The position numbers and the translations under genes are program-made. Shown piece after piece: positions 1 to 13,427 of a stretch of DNA of 64,000 nt (position 1 is the stretch's first letter; every line of letters begins with the position of its first letter). Source of the DNA: Octopus sinensis (Eukaryota); the NCBI RefSeq assembly GCF_006345805.1, contig NW_021833451.1, positions 1 to 64,000 on the forward strand. The letters are read 5' to 3'. The notes beneath the pieces are model-generated. The model saw only the letters and a program-made list of their open reading frames with translations, ran no database searches and was not told where the DNA came from.

Positions 1-384
1 AGTCAGTCACGTGCTTAGGCTCCTCAGTAAAGAACAAATTGTAGACTGCACATTCGTCTGGAATAATTTAGAAAGTTTTATAAGGAGTTTGCCTCGGCTC
101 TACATTCTACCATCGACTACAGCACTCTCACTCCTCCAGGTACAGCTCAGGTCGACGAATGTGAGACGTGTCGCTGATTATTGTAGAAAAGTGCGTTGGA
201 ATGCCTTATTAATTCACTGGACGGTCAGAGTTGGAACACTGTAAGGTCATGTATGGTCTGCGATGAGGCAAACGGGCGGAGGAAAATGTGCAAATGTCGA
301 TTAGTGTTCTACTGCTCAGAAGAATGCCAGAAACTGCATTGGTTTCAGCACAGGAAACATTGCACTCAGCTGGCAAATAACTGA
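1..384 (+). CDS. ANKMY2: 3' part of a MYND zinc-finger gene, ANKMY2-like (5' end outside window)
   Basis: CMVC..MCKCRLVFYCSEECQKLHWFQHRKHC is a MYND finger. QKLHWFxHxKxC and the preceding SALECLINSLDGQ resemble the ANKMY2 C-terminus. Stop at 384. Confidence 0.6.
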
Positions 385-448
385 TTTTGTGTTCGCCATT
401 TAATAACAGCTTTATATTATAAAACAAACAATGTACATACAAAATATA

Positions 449-1307
449 TTACTTTAACACCGACACAAAATTGCCGGGAAAAAACCCTCTACTGGACTTG
501 ACAGACCCGAACCACCAATTGTCGTCATTTTTGAAGAGAACACAAATAACGTCGCCCTTCCTGAGACTCAACTCGTCCTCCCTCAAGGCCTCATAATCAT
601 AGTCAGCCACGACTAGAGAGTGGAATAATAACATCAACCGATTTCAACGTGCTTTTGATCATCTATACCAGACACAGACATCTTATCATAAAAACTCTAC
701 AAAATAGAGGAAAATGAAAACATGATCAGTGGGTGAGTAGGTGGTCTTCCTCCCACAAAAAGTACTCCGAATGGTGTCGGGGGTGAAACTGCTGGTGGAG
801 GACGGCACCCTTGTGAGACTTGAGTTCTTAAAAAAAGAATTCTCTTGCAACAAATTGAGAGGGTTGTGAATGTACGGGCGAGTAGGAGGGACTGGGATTG
901 GATTGGGGATGTGTTCTTTAAACGAGGTGGACACACCCAATAGACTGTCTTTTGGCATGTGTGAATCTTTATTGCACTTCAAGGTCAATTTCTGTTGTCT
1001 TAAGAAATGAATACTTTGAGCAGTTGGTCAGTGTCTTTTTCGAGCAGGGATACTGCAAATTCCTGAGATTGAAGTTTGTGACTGATTTGTTGGTAGGAAT
1101 GGTTTATTGAGTCGGTCAGATCATAAAGTCCGTTTATGACTGCGTTTTTTGCAGAGGAAACGATGGCTCGAGATGAATTCTACGTTAAATCAATGAGGGG
1201 TCTACAAATTCCAACTCGGATGAGAATCCATCTGCCACTGATCGAAGTGTTTCGGAATTTTTTAGGAAAAAATTTGAAAGTTCAAGTTCGTCTGATTTCT
1301 GAGACAT
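449..1307 (-). CDS. Abl-interactor (ABI)-like adaptor: N-terminal helical region, Pro-rich middle, C-terminal SH3; multi-exon
   Basis: Clear SH3 at 449-637 (ADYDYEALREDELSLRKGD..WW.G..GFFPGNFV) and PxxP tracts. N-terminal LRSVAD and SAKNAVINGLYDLTDSINHSYQQISHKLQSQ match the spacing of ABI LTRVAD and [31 protein letters not shown]. 23-nt GT-AG intron at 992-1014. One homopolymer frameshift near 1265. Confidence 0.65.
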
Positions 1308-1458
1308 GCGAGAATTATAGTTCAAAACACAACAAGAATCGTTATCAAATTATCCGCAACAAAACAAACTATACAATAAAATTAACTCAGATTAAACAAT
1401 AATTTTAGTTATAACATTATCAAAGTTAAAATTATAATCTTAAATTATTTCATATATA

Positions 1459-2664
1459 CAGTCCGACCCCCAAATGGGGCACCAAGTGCCCCAAAATGCG
1501 GGGGTGCCCCAAAAACAGGGGTTTGTTATTTTTTTAAAAATTAAACCATTAATAAACATCAAAAAACATTTTTACTAAAATATTCAGTTATTTTCTTTTT
1601 ATTTGTAGAGTTTTGTCTGATATTGTTCGTCAATTTCAGCCGAAAATCAAAAAAATCTCGGAGCATACTTGGTGCAACATTAGAAATTTTTTCTTCTAAA
1701 TTGTTAAGCAGATCTTTTGTTTTTGCTACGACATTTTCACTATTTTCGGTTTCTGAATATGTATCATAAACATTATTGTTCATGTCTTCGCATTCTCCAT
1801 CAATTGTTTTGTTAACAACTTGATCTAAATGTTCATCTGTTAGACAGTTCTTTCTTTCCCTTGTTTATAACCAAAACACGGTTCGCCTTGTTCAACAAAT
1901 GATTTTTGAGGAGTTCTTTTTATAAAAAGCGCAGTTTCATCACAATTAAATATATTCTCAGGTCCATATTTTAATACTTTCTGGTCATATTTTTCAAAAT
2001 AATTTTTCACATAAGATAAATCACATGAAGCTTTTTCACCACATATTGACTTGAATTGAAGTTCATGCCGCAATTTAAATCTATCAAGCCACCCATTGGA
2101 AGCTTTAAAAGAAGTAAATCCAATTTTTGAAGCTGTAACTAAGGCAATTTTTTTCAAAATAGGGCCTGAAATCGGAATTTTATCTACGCGTAGTCTTTGA
2201 AATATTTCAAAGACTTGATCATCAAATTTATCTTTATCGGCTTTAAATGTGTCATATTCCTCAGAAATAGTATTGCCGTGTTGCAAGAAAGGTACAATAT
2301 TTCGTTTTATTCTTGATATTGTTCCTTTACTTGTGTTGTACTTTTTCATTAGTTGCCTCTCAGATAAATTTTTCTTCAAAATTTCTTTAGCAATCTTCAA
2401 TTTAGTTTCGTAATCCATAACCACAACAATAAAAATATAAATTGAAAATAAAACAAAAAATAATTAATTTATTATAATTTTATTTTATTTTTAATTCCTT
2501 ATAAATGATTTTATGGTGCCCCAAAAATTCCATAATTTTTTATCGATTTTTACTTTTTTTCTGCCAAAATGTACTTTTGGAATAAAGTGCCCCAAATTGC
2601 GGGGGTGCCCCAAAATCCGAGGGTGCCCCACCCCTGGGGTCTGCCCCATTTTGGGGTCGGACTG
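1459..2664 (-). mobile_element. pogo/Tigger (Tc5/CENP-B-like) DNA transposon, internally deleted
   Basis: TIRs CAGTCCGACCCC...GGGGTCGGACTG flanked by TA on both sides. ORF 1840-2424 has HTH-CENPB (FKASNGWLDRFKLRH) and the start of the DDE domain (IFNCDETAL). Confidence 0.9.
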
Positions 2665-3031
2665 TATTTTTCTTTGCCAGACTCAGTCATTTTGTAGAGT
2701 TAGTTAAAACCTCTTTTCCGTAGTCCTTGAAGGGTTTCGTATGAGCCATGCTTAGAGTCATCCTCCCCGCCATCTTGTTTCTGGCCCTCATTCAAACATC
2801 ATTCGGATCTTCCGCCGTCACCAGTTTACCGCCGATTGTTGCGTAATCTTTTCAAAGTATGATGTAAGCATGTTCCTTGGCCGCCCTCGATACTCGTGAC
2901 TTCCGAAGTGGAATTATTAAACTATTATATTGTTACGTAGCGTAATAAGGGTCTATCTAAGATTATGCCTAAATAGTTGTCATCTCAATGAAATAACGTC
3001 CATGCTGATTGATTCGTCCATCCATCTAGAA

Positions 3032-5280
3032 CAGGGGTGCGCAAGTGCGGCCGCGAGTCGATGAATGTGCGGCCGTGGGCACAATTAGGTCATCGAGCAA
3101 CTAATCTTAAATACAGTGAAACCTCTCGAATCCGCTGCTTCTCGAATCCGCTTGTTTTAATCAAAAATTTGAAATTTCCTATGAATGATTCTTGAATCCG
3201 CTTGTTTCTCGAATCCGCTCCTCAAGTATTATGAAAAATAATTTTTTTATCTAATTGTAAGTTAAATTAATTAACATTTTAAAATTCTTATTACACGTTA
3301 AATTGTATTTTTGTGATGCGTCGCTGTGTTAGACTTTCTATCAACGAAAAAATTTCTATACTACGTTGTATTTCTGACAACCCATTCGTTTCTGCACCTC
3401 AAATTTCCAAGATTTTTTCTTCACGGTTAAAAAAGAAAATTTCTCCGAAAACTATAAACGACCTTAAATCAAAATCGGACCTTTTGAATAGGACTGACAT
3501 AAAAAAATTAAACATAATGAGAATTCCAAAACTCAAATTTAATGAAATTGATGTAGCGATGATAACATGGATTAACTTAATGGAATCTAGTGGAGCAATT
3601 CTATCAGATTCAATGTTAATTGCAAAAGCTCTTAAGTTTGGAAAAAATTTTCCAGAATTTAAAGCAAGTCGTGGGTGGCTAGAAAAGTTTAAATTACGAA
3701 ATGGTATCAAGTTAAGAAAATTTCACGGAGACAGTGGATCAGTAAATCATGATGAAAAATCTATTACTGATTTTAATGAAACAATGAGTTTAAAAATTGA
3801 ACAATATGGATTTGACAATGTTTATAATGCAGATGAAACTGGTGTTTTTTACAAGGCGATTCCTTCCAAAAGTGTGTGCACCAAATCACGGCCTGGAATA
3901 AAGTTGTAGAAGGATCGATTTTCGTTACTATTATGCGCAAATTGTTCTGGTTCCGATAAAAGAAGGCCTGTGATGATAGGAAGATTCAAAAGTCCAAGGT
4001 GTTTTAAAAATTTCAACATTGGAAAATATGTTACCTACATCCATTCCAATAAGGCATGGATGAACCGTGAAATTTTTAACAAGTGGCTCAGTGATTTTGA
4101 TTGTGAACTTGCAAAGAAAAAAAGAAAAATTCTACTTGTAATAGATCAATGTCCATCTCATCAAATTATTTAAATTGCCTCTCGAATCCGCCGATTTTTT
4201 GGTCGGTCCCAAAATCGGCGGATTCGAGAGGTTTTACTGTATAATGCTCATAGTGTTAATTAATCAAGAAAAACCCTAAATAATAATTAAAAATATTCAT
4301 ATTAAATAAAATTCTATTTTTATATAATGGTTAACCTTTTTTAAAAGTAATTATCATAAACGGCTTAATTTATTTATGTCATTACCTGTTAAAAGACGAC
4401 GTTCTTTGAATGAAGAAAAAAGAAAATTTAATATCAACTGGGAAAGTGAATACTTCGTAGTCGAAACAGACAACAATAGCATGCAATGCTTATTGTGCCA
4501 TGAGATTGTGAAAACTATAAAACGGGACAATGCTAAACAATATTTTCAAAGACATTTAGACCACCTAGTTGTCAAGTCCAAGTGTTCAAGAGAAGATTCC
4601 GTCGAAAATTTGAAATACAAATTAAGACAACAAAAAAATGTTTAAAAACTTTTTTAAATGTGGCAAATGCAAGTGTTGAAGCATCCTTTCGAGTTGCTCA
4701 TATCCTTGGATCTGCTGGAAAACCTTTTTCAGACGGCGAACTTGTGAAAAGATGTATCATGGAATCAGTTAAATGCATTGATCCCGACAAGGAGCATAAC
4801 TTTGAAGCAATTCCACTTTCACGTGACACAATTCAGCAAAATGAAATATTTAAAAAGTCAATATAGATCTCGGATAACGGATGCAAACTTAGAGTCATGT
4901 TTGCGCATAATGATATCTATCCTACCAGTGGATTTCAATAAGCTCACAAAAAATACTAAAGATCCTGGCCTTCATTAGAATAACTTGTATAATACATTTC
5001 TTTTAATTAATTTTCCTTCTTTCTTATTTTTTGTCCATGAAATAATTATTTATTTTAATAATATGATGTCTCTGATGAACGAGAGCATTTCCTGTCCAAG
5101 AACTCATTCGGTCTCGATGACAATGTGTGGTTTATTGATTGTCCTTATGCGGTCACTTGTAATAATTAAAAAAAATTACTATATTAATATCGAAAAAATA
5201 ATGCAGAAAATGTGCGGCCGTGGAAGAGAAGGAAAAAAAATGCTATGCGGCCGCAAACCCGAAAAGCTTGCGCACCCCTG
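3032..5280 (+). mobile_element. hAT transposon (SPIN/GTF2IRD2-like), deleted derivative
   Basis: TIRs CAGGGGTGCGCAAG/CTTGCGCACCCCTG and 8-bp TSD ATCTAGAA (3024-3031, 5281-5288). ORFs 4376-4978 carry FNINWESEYF, CLLC, KPFSDGELVK and YRSRITDANLESCLRI. Confidence 0.92.
3114..4239 (+). mobile_element. Tigger/pogo transposon inserted in the hAT
   Basis: TIRs CAGTGAAACCTCTCGAATCCG / CGGATTCGAGAGGTTTTACTG with TA flanks. ORFs 3313-3909 and 3970-4173 (FKASRGWLEKFK, YNADETG, AWM..F.KWL..F, LLVIDQCPSH) are split by a stop. Confidence 0.92.
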
Positions 5281-7099
5281 ATCTAGAATCTAGACTCTTG
5301 ATTTACATAGATTGTATAATTTTTAAAAGATTCTGTCAATATACGGAGTTGGTTTTTGTAAAATGCATCTAGCTACTCTAAGTCGTTTTTGAGGGTCCCC
5401 GTGTTCCAGAATTATAGAGCAATATTGGCTTCACAAAAGTATCATATAATCTGATGCAAATGTTCAGCGAAACTTGCTTTTTTCTTATCCAGGTTTTGGT
5501 CATTTTGTAAAAAAGATGGTGACAAGCATCTTTGTTCGGAAAATATCTTCGGCAACCCCAAGTGGCGAGACAACTTCAGTGCTCGTCATTCCTTGATTTT
5601 GTTCGTTCTATTCATTTACATTCAGTTTATGCGTAAATTCTATTTATTCAAGATATTTTCGGCCTCGAGTAATACTTTGTCAAAAGTCTAAATCGTTTGC
5701 GTATAGTATTTCAGTAATTTCTTCATATTTGGACCCCCCTATGTTGTCTCTCAGTTTTTAAGACTGCTTTAATGTATATGATAAATGGAATAGGAGATAG
5801 AGTCTCTTCGTGGAGTGCCATATTAGTGCTAAATTTCTCTGACTGGTTAGTTCCAATTTTTACAGATAGATCGGTTTCAGAAAGTAATAAACTTATTAGT
5901 CTTAGGCAGTCTTCTTCAAGCCGTTCCTTTAAAACATTCATGAGTTTTTCTTGTTATTGCTGCCGACGGCCTTCGTAAGGCCAATTCCTAGGATGTATTT
6001 TTGGCATATTGATATCAGCCATCAATGCCTTCACGCGTTATCTGAGTTGGATCTTTTATTTCTAAACCCGCTTTGCTTTGTAAAAAATATTTTTCCACAG
6101 GCTCTCATACGGTTAAGCACTATGATCGATAAAGTTTTCCTGATGGTTGATATATAGTAATTGGCCGTAGTCCGTCTACTGATCATTTTTTTCCAGAGAC
6201 TCCATGTATTGGAATATTGGAATAAATACTCCATGTCCTATTGGAAAAGAACAATGAAGCACCATTGACTTGTTTGATATGTTTCTGATTATATTTCCAA
6301 CTATACTTGGGGCGTGTTTTAGTAACTCATCTGGTATATCATCGTAGCCCGCTGACCGATTGGCTTTAAAGTGCATGAATGCATTAATTACTTCCAATGT
6401 TGTAATTTTGTTTATAGGAGATCTCGGATGTCCATTAAATTTAGTATATTTACCTTAGCTGATTAAAACTGCGTCTTTAAGTGTTTGCCAATATAGTTTG
6501 CTTTATCCTCTGGATTTTGCAAGTCATGGCCTATTTCAAGTCGCTTTTTCGCTCTACTTTGTGTAAGTAATTTGACAGCAGCAAACATTTGTCTTCCATA
6601 CTGACAATCTTCTTATCAAATGTGATATTTGGCTACGTTTTTTTCTTAATTTGTTTTTGTTCGAATTTAAGCTTTCGAGTTTTATTTAAACTTATTTTTT
6701 TTGTTGCTGGACAATTCTCTGATTACACGATCATGAATAATATTTCTGTTTTGGGGAATTCCCTGTTATCCAACAGTCTCAATCGCCGATTGTTTTAAAA
6801 TAGCCAAGATATTCCCAAGATCAATTGAGAGGGTGCCACTGGTCTCAACTTCATGTAGACGTTTAGAGATATTTTGTTGGTATTTTTTTTCCAAATGTCA
6901 AAGTTTAACATTTCCACGGCCAAAGTCCATTTAGAGACTTTGCCAGACTCAGTCATTTTGTAGAATTTGACAATACAGTTGTTAGATTTTACTCATTTTT
7001 TTATTTGAGCATATACTAGTCTTTTAGTTGTATTGTCTTTATATTTAATGCCTTAAATATTTTTTTGAATCATTCAATAAATTGCTTTAAATACTTTTT

Positions 7100-10000
7100 T
7101 ATTGTGCTATGTTTTATATTGACGGGAATCATATTCATCTCAATAATGAGCAGGACAAAAATATTTTGATTCAGCAAGGATTGAAATTTCCTGCACCTTT
7201 ATACATATTTTGTGATAAAATTATTAATTATTTATCAATTCACTCTCAGGCACAACCATCTGGTAACAAATACGATTAAAATATTGTTCAGATTTTGATA
7301 AATCACTTTTGATGATATTTCACAACGCCTTAAATGCATTAACGACAAAGGAACACGTTTTGGACGTCTTTAAGGTCATATAATGTTATCACTTTAGGCT
7401 GTTCATTCGATGGCGATTTCCTGTGGAGGAAAATGTCAGTCGTGGGCTGATTTGGTCAAAAATGTTCCGAACTATCAGCTTATCCTCGACGTTTTCAGAA
7501 TTGTTTTTACTTTTTCGAATGAAATGTATTTTTGTTGCATATTGAAGTGCTTTCGAGCAACTCCATTTTTTGTCGTATTTGATTGATGTCTATGACGAGA
7601 ATTATTCCTTTCTCTTCGACGGGCTTGTCCTTTCCGCCTGGTATTACGCGGTAATCAACTTAAGCACTCCACCCATGATCCCCGAATTCTTCAGAATTGT
7701 ACTCCATAGGACATCCGTTCTGTTCTCATCCAAAATAAAGGGATCGTGGATGCCCGACTACTTGGATTTCAGTGGTGGCCTGTCTTTTCTCTTCAACCTA
7801 CTACGGGAGTTGATGGAATGTCACAGAGAGCAATGTGAGCCCGTCCTTCTAGATTTTGTTACTGTATTGCTGCTATATTCACGACAGTCTAGAAGCTCTG
7901 TGGTACTCGACGACTGGATATTACTTGTATATTTATTCTGCAATGGCAACATCAAAGTAGATCAGCAACTTGTCGAGTTCTTGGCCCGAAATTGTATTTT
8001 GTATTATCATTTTCAGTGACAACCTCCCAGATCGAAGGTCTACTTCACATGTTCGGTAGTTGTGACAAATTGAATGTGCATCACGGTTTCCATTTTTAGT
8101 GACGTTGCCCAGATCAGATGGTTCTTTGCTTCTTTATTCACTGCGATTTTGTCCCAACACTTTTGAGTCTCCTTCGGGCGGCCTCCAAACAGTCTTCTCT
8201 GGTCGTCCAATACGCTAATAAACTGTTGGCAAAAATATCGACTGTCCTGTCCAATGCAGTCTTTGTGGGGGACCCCGAGGATCGTTCTTCTGGGACTGAG
8301 GACTGTCACACGGAGCTGGTAGAGGAGCCCCCTCTGTCTCTCGAAGACGGACTGAGAGCCAAGTTTGGTTGTTTTGAGGATAATTTTGACTATTTCCGAA
8401 GTCTTGTTGCTTTTGTTCTTGATTGTGAATGCACGTGAGTTCATTTGTTGACTTTAGAATGTTTGGAGAGTCGCTTCTTCAGTTTTTGTCAGTTTACGGA
8501 CTCAAGTTAAAGGCCGGGCATTGTGGTCATGTTCTAAACTTTGTTTTTGATTCTGTCCATCCCGATAACCTTAATACTTTCACGTTTTTTGTGAGCCTCG
8601 TCGAAAATTGGATTTACCGACATCCGACAGTCCTATCCGAATTTTTCCGAATTCTTTTACGACCAATATCCCCTTCGGTGAAAAGGGGAACATTCTACTC
8701 CAAATTATCCACGTTTTTAAACATGACTTGTCCGTCCTCCATATTCCGGTATTCGATTTTATACAATTCTTAGTATCAACTTGGTGAGGAGTCTGGTCCC
8801 CTATTGGGACGACTTGTTGTCTGCAGTCCTCCAATTGATGGAATATCCCTCCAACATTCGAGACCTATTGAGTGTCCTTGTCCTAGTGGACCACCCTCCT
8901 TCTTTTCCGTTTGTTTCAATAACTCGAATTGCCTGTTACACGGCTAGTTTGTTTGTTCAACTGCTCGCACTTGAATTGGCTGACATTCGTGGTTGTCTTG
9001 TACTTTTTTATTCAGATTTGTCCTCCATTTTGAAAAAGCTGGTCGTCAAGTTCCATTCCCAAGTGGAATTTAGATTTTTACTTTCGCGAGAAATCTTAAA
9101 TCACGTGGTTGCGGGGGACGCCTGTCATTATGTAGACAAGTCTGAGGTGATAAGGGAACTCGATTCCGACATGGTGCACACAATGATTGAACTCATGCCA
9201 GACGATTTGAAGGATTATTTTGATGGGGATGTGGAGATTAACACCTCTCAGTCGACCCACTCTCTGAGAAGATATCTTGTCATTTGGATTTTGTCGATTA
9301 CACTAAAACACGATTCGTCTCCATTTTCCAAATTCTGCAGCAGCAAGACTTTTAGAAACCAACTGGGAACTCATTTTGTGAATTTAGTGAATCAGAGGGT
9401 GGGTTGGGTTATCCACGAGTCACATTTCGAATGGTTGTTTCTGTTATTTGATCATTAGCCAAATCGACGTTTTCAAATTATTTAAGAACAACATTGTAAT
9501 GTGGGATATTGTCTTGTTTCTATGTGCCCCCGGAGGTTGATTACCTGCATTCTGATGGTTGCAGACACATCTGACGACTTGTCTCGTTTGGTCTTTGGAG
9601 TCCTGAATCACCTCAAGAACGACTACTCGGGAAAGAATCCCTCTTGTCGGGCCTCAATGATTCCGTTCTTCCGCGATCCAATTCGTTTCATGCTTAAAGT
9701 GACTGTGTTATCCTCACAGGGTAGAGAATAAGTCGACTCGATCTTGTCTATCCTATATGTGAGATTGTGAGATTGGTTGACTACGTCGATGCTGGCGTTC
9801 TCATGCTAGCCTTGTGGAACTTTTCAGTTTTGTTTCGTGTTTATTTGTAGAGTCGGAAATACTCTGAGTGCCATGAAGACAAATGTTCGTTATAAAAACT
9901 AATGCTGATAGGTTTTTCTCCCGAATTTCGCAAAGTTTTGATGGAGATTTTTAGTCGTAATATAGTCGTCGTCGCTCAATACGTCAAGTATTTTGTTCAT

Positions 10001-10133
10001 TGATTTTTGTAAAAATAATGCTTATATTTAATTTGCGGGTTTTTAACTACTGCAAGGTAAGTCGAATCTTATTAAGTCTCAGACTAGGTCTGTCTGAAGC
10101 AGTCCAATAGTTTGAACAAGTTGTTTTTGATGC
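7100..10133 (+). CDS. Multi-exon alpha-helical protein, probably listerin (LTN1) E3 ligase; 3' end degenerate and interrupted by a hAT nest
   Basis: Chain of exon-like ORFs with tiny introns (about 24-29 nt). Late motifs YLVIWIL, LALWNFSSRK, CFSPEF..VVAQY and RLGLSE occur in listerin order, and NSTYSLCKLSF at 14099-14150 resembles the listerin RING terminus. Similarity is weak and judged by eye. Confidence 0.45.
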
Positions 10134-10728
10134 CTCATAACCAGGGCAATTTTTTTCTAGCACTTAAAAAAATTTTTTTGCCATAAATCATACAATCTAG
10201 CATCTACTATCAAAAAAATTAGCACTTAAATGATTAAATCTAGCATTTAACATTTTAAAATCATTTAAAATAAACTAACTTCTCTTCTCTAATTTTCTTG
10301 TTTCAGTTTAAAAAAAAATTTTAAATAATAAAATATAACATTAAAATTTTATTTATGATATTGTTCCTATACTTTTTTAAAATATTTTCCAGTATTTTAA
10401 TTGCTCTTTCAACAGATGCAGAGGATGCCTGACAGCGTAAAAGTAAAAATAATCTTGTTGGCTAATTTTTGGTTTAGTCATTTCAATAATCGATTTTCCT
10501 CCATTCTTTAACTCATATAAATTTTTACTATTTGCCTTGTCATCATAAAAATGTAGTCCTTTTATATCATATCTGACAGTCCGAATAATCTATACTTGTC
10601 ACAAATGGCTGAAAAATAGAAATTTAAAAAATTAGAACATCTTAATAATAAAATGGTATGGTGTGTGTCTGTCTGTCTTTCTGTCTGTCTGTCTGTGTGT
10701 GCACACCAACTTCAAATTGGCAATACGA

Positions 10729-11434
10729 TGTCCTCGACTTACATGATGAGGTCCTTAAAACCTTCCCCCCCAAAAAAAATTAAAAAAAAATTTTCTCCAT
10801 TTTGGTTAAAATGAACAACTACAATGTCCTCGACTTACATGATGAAGTCCTTAAAACCTTCCCCCCCAAAAAAAATTAAAAAAAAATTTTCTGCATATTG
10901 GTTAAAATGAACAACTACAATGTCCTCGACTTACATGATGAAGTCCTTAAAACCTTCCCCCCCAAAAAAAATTAAAAAAAAATTTTCTGCATATTGGTTA
11001 AAATGAACAACTACAATGTCCTCGACTTACATGATGAAGTCCTTAAAACCTTCCCCCCCAAAAAAAATTAAAAAAAAATTTTCTGCATATTGGTTAAAAT
11101 GAACAACTACAATGTCCTCAACTTACATGATGAAGTCCTTAAAACCTTCCCCCCCAAAAAAAATTAAAAAAAAATTTTCTGCATTTTGGTTAAAATGAAC
11201 AACTACAATGTCCTCGACTTACATGATGAAGTCCTTAAAACCTTCCCCCCCAAAAAAAATTAAAAAAAAATTTTCTGCATTTTGGTTAAAATGAACAACT
11301 ACGATGTCCTCGACTTACATGATGAGGTCCTTAAAACCTTCCCGCCAAAAAATCAAAAAATTATTTTCTGCATTTGATTAAAATGAATAACGTTAATGTC
11401 CTCGACATTCATGATGAGGTCCATTAAAACCTTC
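10729..11434. repeat. Tandem repeat, 96-bp unit, about 7.4 copies
   Basis: TGTCCTCGACTTACATGATGA recurs at 10729, 10825, 10921, 11017, 11113, 11209, 11305 (period 96) and 11397. Confidence 0.97.
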
Positions 11435-11700
11435 GAGGCAAAAATCTCACGTATTAAGAATATCCTTGATGAAAACGACAGCGAGAATATTAACAATGAT
11501 GAACTCCCAATTATTCGCGATAAAGAAATTCAATTCATCCTATGATTTTCTCTTTAAAATTAAATGCATATATCATTATCGACCATGAATCAAAATTATA
11601 GCTATTATCATATTTGACTTTGACAGAATGTGCAATTACAGATTGCACGACCTTGAATAGAGTGTGCAATTAACAGATTTTGAAAAACACTTTGATAGTT

Positions 11701-12221
11701 TTTTTTTTTTTTTTTTTTGAAACACAACAAAGAATTTAAAGCAATTGGGTGGCTAAGGGAATTGTCGAGAGCCTGAGGGTCAGCTCAACGATGCCGCGCT
11801 GCGTATTGAGTGGCAGTTTCCGCGGAGCACAGCAACCGAGATTCGCTGGAACAGCCAGCTCGTCTCCCTCCGGTCGTATGTTTTTGTGGAGATTTTTCTA
11901 CCAATGGCGGTGAGGAGTTGAGTCGCAGCCTTTCCGACGATTCCAGAGGTTTCGAAGGCGAGGGGGGCAAACTCAAAAGCGTCCGAAATACACCGGTATT
12001 TCGTCCTCTTTGTCTCTTCAGCCAGCGCACTGGCGGAACCCGGGTTTGCGACAGTCCTGGGAAGCAATGTCGCCGAAAAAGAGTCGACACACGTGGCATC
12101 CCAAACCAGGGACTTGCCTTCCCTAAAAGGAAAGGTCGTCATCCCGTCGGGACGCTTGCCGTCGCTCCGGGAAAGGCCGACTGGCTCTAGGGTGGAAGGG
12201 AAACCAGCCGACTCTAGAGCC
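11701..12221 (-). mobile_element. CRE-like (REL endonuclease) retrotransposon, 5'-truncated
   Basis: ORF 11780-12142 (WDATCVDS, KRTKY, PLAFETSG, WLFQRISVAVLRGN). Poly(A) tail seen as T-run 11699-11718. TSD CTTTGATAGTT (11690-11700, 12222-12232). Confidence 0.88.
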
Positions 12222-12815
12222 CTTTGATAGTTAAAACCACATTAGCACAATCATTAATACAATTTACCACCAATTGACAGCGCAATCAGAAGAATTTGCG
12301 TAAAAATATTAACTATTTAGTTAAGTTTTTCGTAAAGATAGAATTTGTTTTCGGTATGCCTCTTTTCCTAAACTTTTTTATTATTCAAAAATAATTTTTT
12401 AAATAGATAACCGAAGGAGGAAAAACGAAGCTGAAGAAAAAACGGTCAGCTTAAGGTAATTAATTAAATCTTTTTTGTGTGTCGCTTTTTTGGCTGCTGC
12501 TACTCTGCCTGCCGCATCTCCGGCTGCCCCATTTCCGCCAGTGGTTTGTCTAATCAAGGTCACTAAGCTAAATCTCCGGACTATAAAGGCTCTTAAGCAT
12601 TATCTTAATTGGCTGTTAAAAAATTAGACTGGTTGTTGCCGTGGCGGCAGAGATTTTTTTTGTTTATACTATTTTACAAATTTTTAAAGTTTTTTTTTTG
12701 TTTTTTTATTTTTTTGTTTTTAAATTATTCATTTTTATTTGTTTTTCTTTATTTTTTTGTTATTTTCTAAAAATTCAACCGGATTGAATTTTTAAACTCC
12801 TTAGATCCCTCTGGA

Positions 12816-13247
12816 ATGCCGAATCATCTTTTAAAGTTAAAGATAGGCGTTCCAGTGGTTTTATTACGAAATCTTGCGCCACCTAAATTATGCAACGGAA
12901 CGAGGTTAGTTATCAAAAATTTGATGGCTAACGTAATAGAGGCGACGATATTAACAGGTAAGTATAGAGGTGAGGATGTTTATATTCCACGAATTCCGAT
13001 AATTTCTGATGAATTACCATTTAGATTTAAAAGGCTGCAATTTCCTTTGAGGATGAGTTTTGCAATGACAATAAACAAGGCCCAGGGACAGTCATTAAAG
13101 GTAGTTGGGTTATTTTTAGAGAGTGAGTGCTTTTCATATGGACAGCTGTATGTGGGATGCTCGAGGGTAGGCAGAAGAGAAAATTTATTCATATATGCCA
13201 AGGAAGGACGGACGACAAACATCGTTTATCAACAGGCGATAGAATAG
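12816..13247 (+). CDS. Helitron Pif1-family helicase, C-terminal part
   Basis: [25 protein letters not shown]...[33 protein letters not shown]. Confidence 0.92.
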   Translation: MPNHLLKLKIGVPVVLLRNLAPPKLCNGTRLVIKNLMANVIEATILTGKYRGEDVYIPRIPIISDELPFRFKRLQFPLRMSFAMTINKAQGQSLKVVGLFLESECFSYGQLYVGCSRVGRRENLFIYAKEGRTTNIVYQQAIE

Positions 13248-13427
13248 GGTTACATTAAACCAGGTAGTTTTATACATCTACATAAACTTATAGTTGTTTG
13301 ATGAAACAGGCCCTCCGCAGGAGCTAGGTCGCGGTGAGCGAAGCGAGCTGCCGAGCTAGTAATCAATAATTGATTATTTATTTTTATAGAATCACATTGT
13401 TATTTTTTATTTAAAAAAGCGCGAAAC

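Larger units (their letters stand above)
2699..6937 (-). mobile_element. RTE-like non-LTR retrotransposon, 5'-truncated and decayed, hosting a hAT and a Tigger
   Basis: RT remnants at 5300-6900 (SAGYDDIPDELLK, QSGFR, TLSPIPFIIY) and C-terminal YRGRPRN near 2880. Flanked by a perfect 27-bp direct repeat CTTTGCCAGACTCAGTCATTTTGTAGA (2672-2698, 6938-6964). Confidence 0.75.
10640..13359 (+). mobile_element. Helitron, internally deleted
   Basis: A|TC start followed by a (GTCT)n tract, CTAG|T end preceded by a GC-rich hairpin containing GCGAAGC, and a Pif1-like helicase C-terminus inside. Confidence 0.85.

Noticed and set aside
9880-9920. CSL*KLMLIGF as a listerin RING with a stop replacing Cys
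   Set aside because: The stop lies inside a canonical 27-nt GT-AG intron with a CTAAT branch-like motif.
10729-11434. CRISPR-like array
   Set aside because: Units repeat in full with no unique spacers; eukaryotic context; no cas genes.
12420-12600. KKDLINYLK on the minus strand recalls the cytochrome c C-terminus
   Set aside because: No start codon, no CxxCH, low-complexity context; likely chance.
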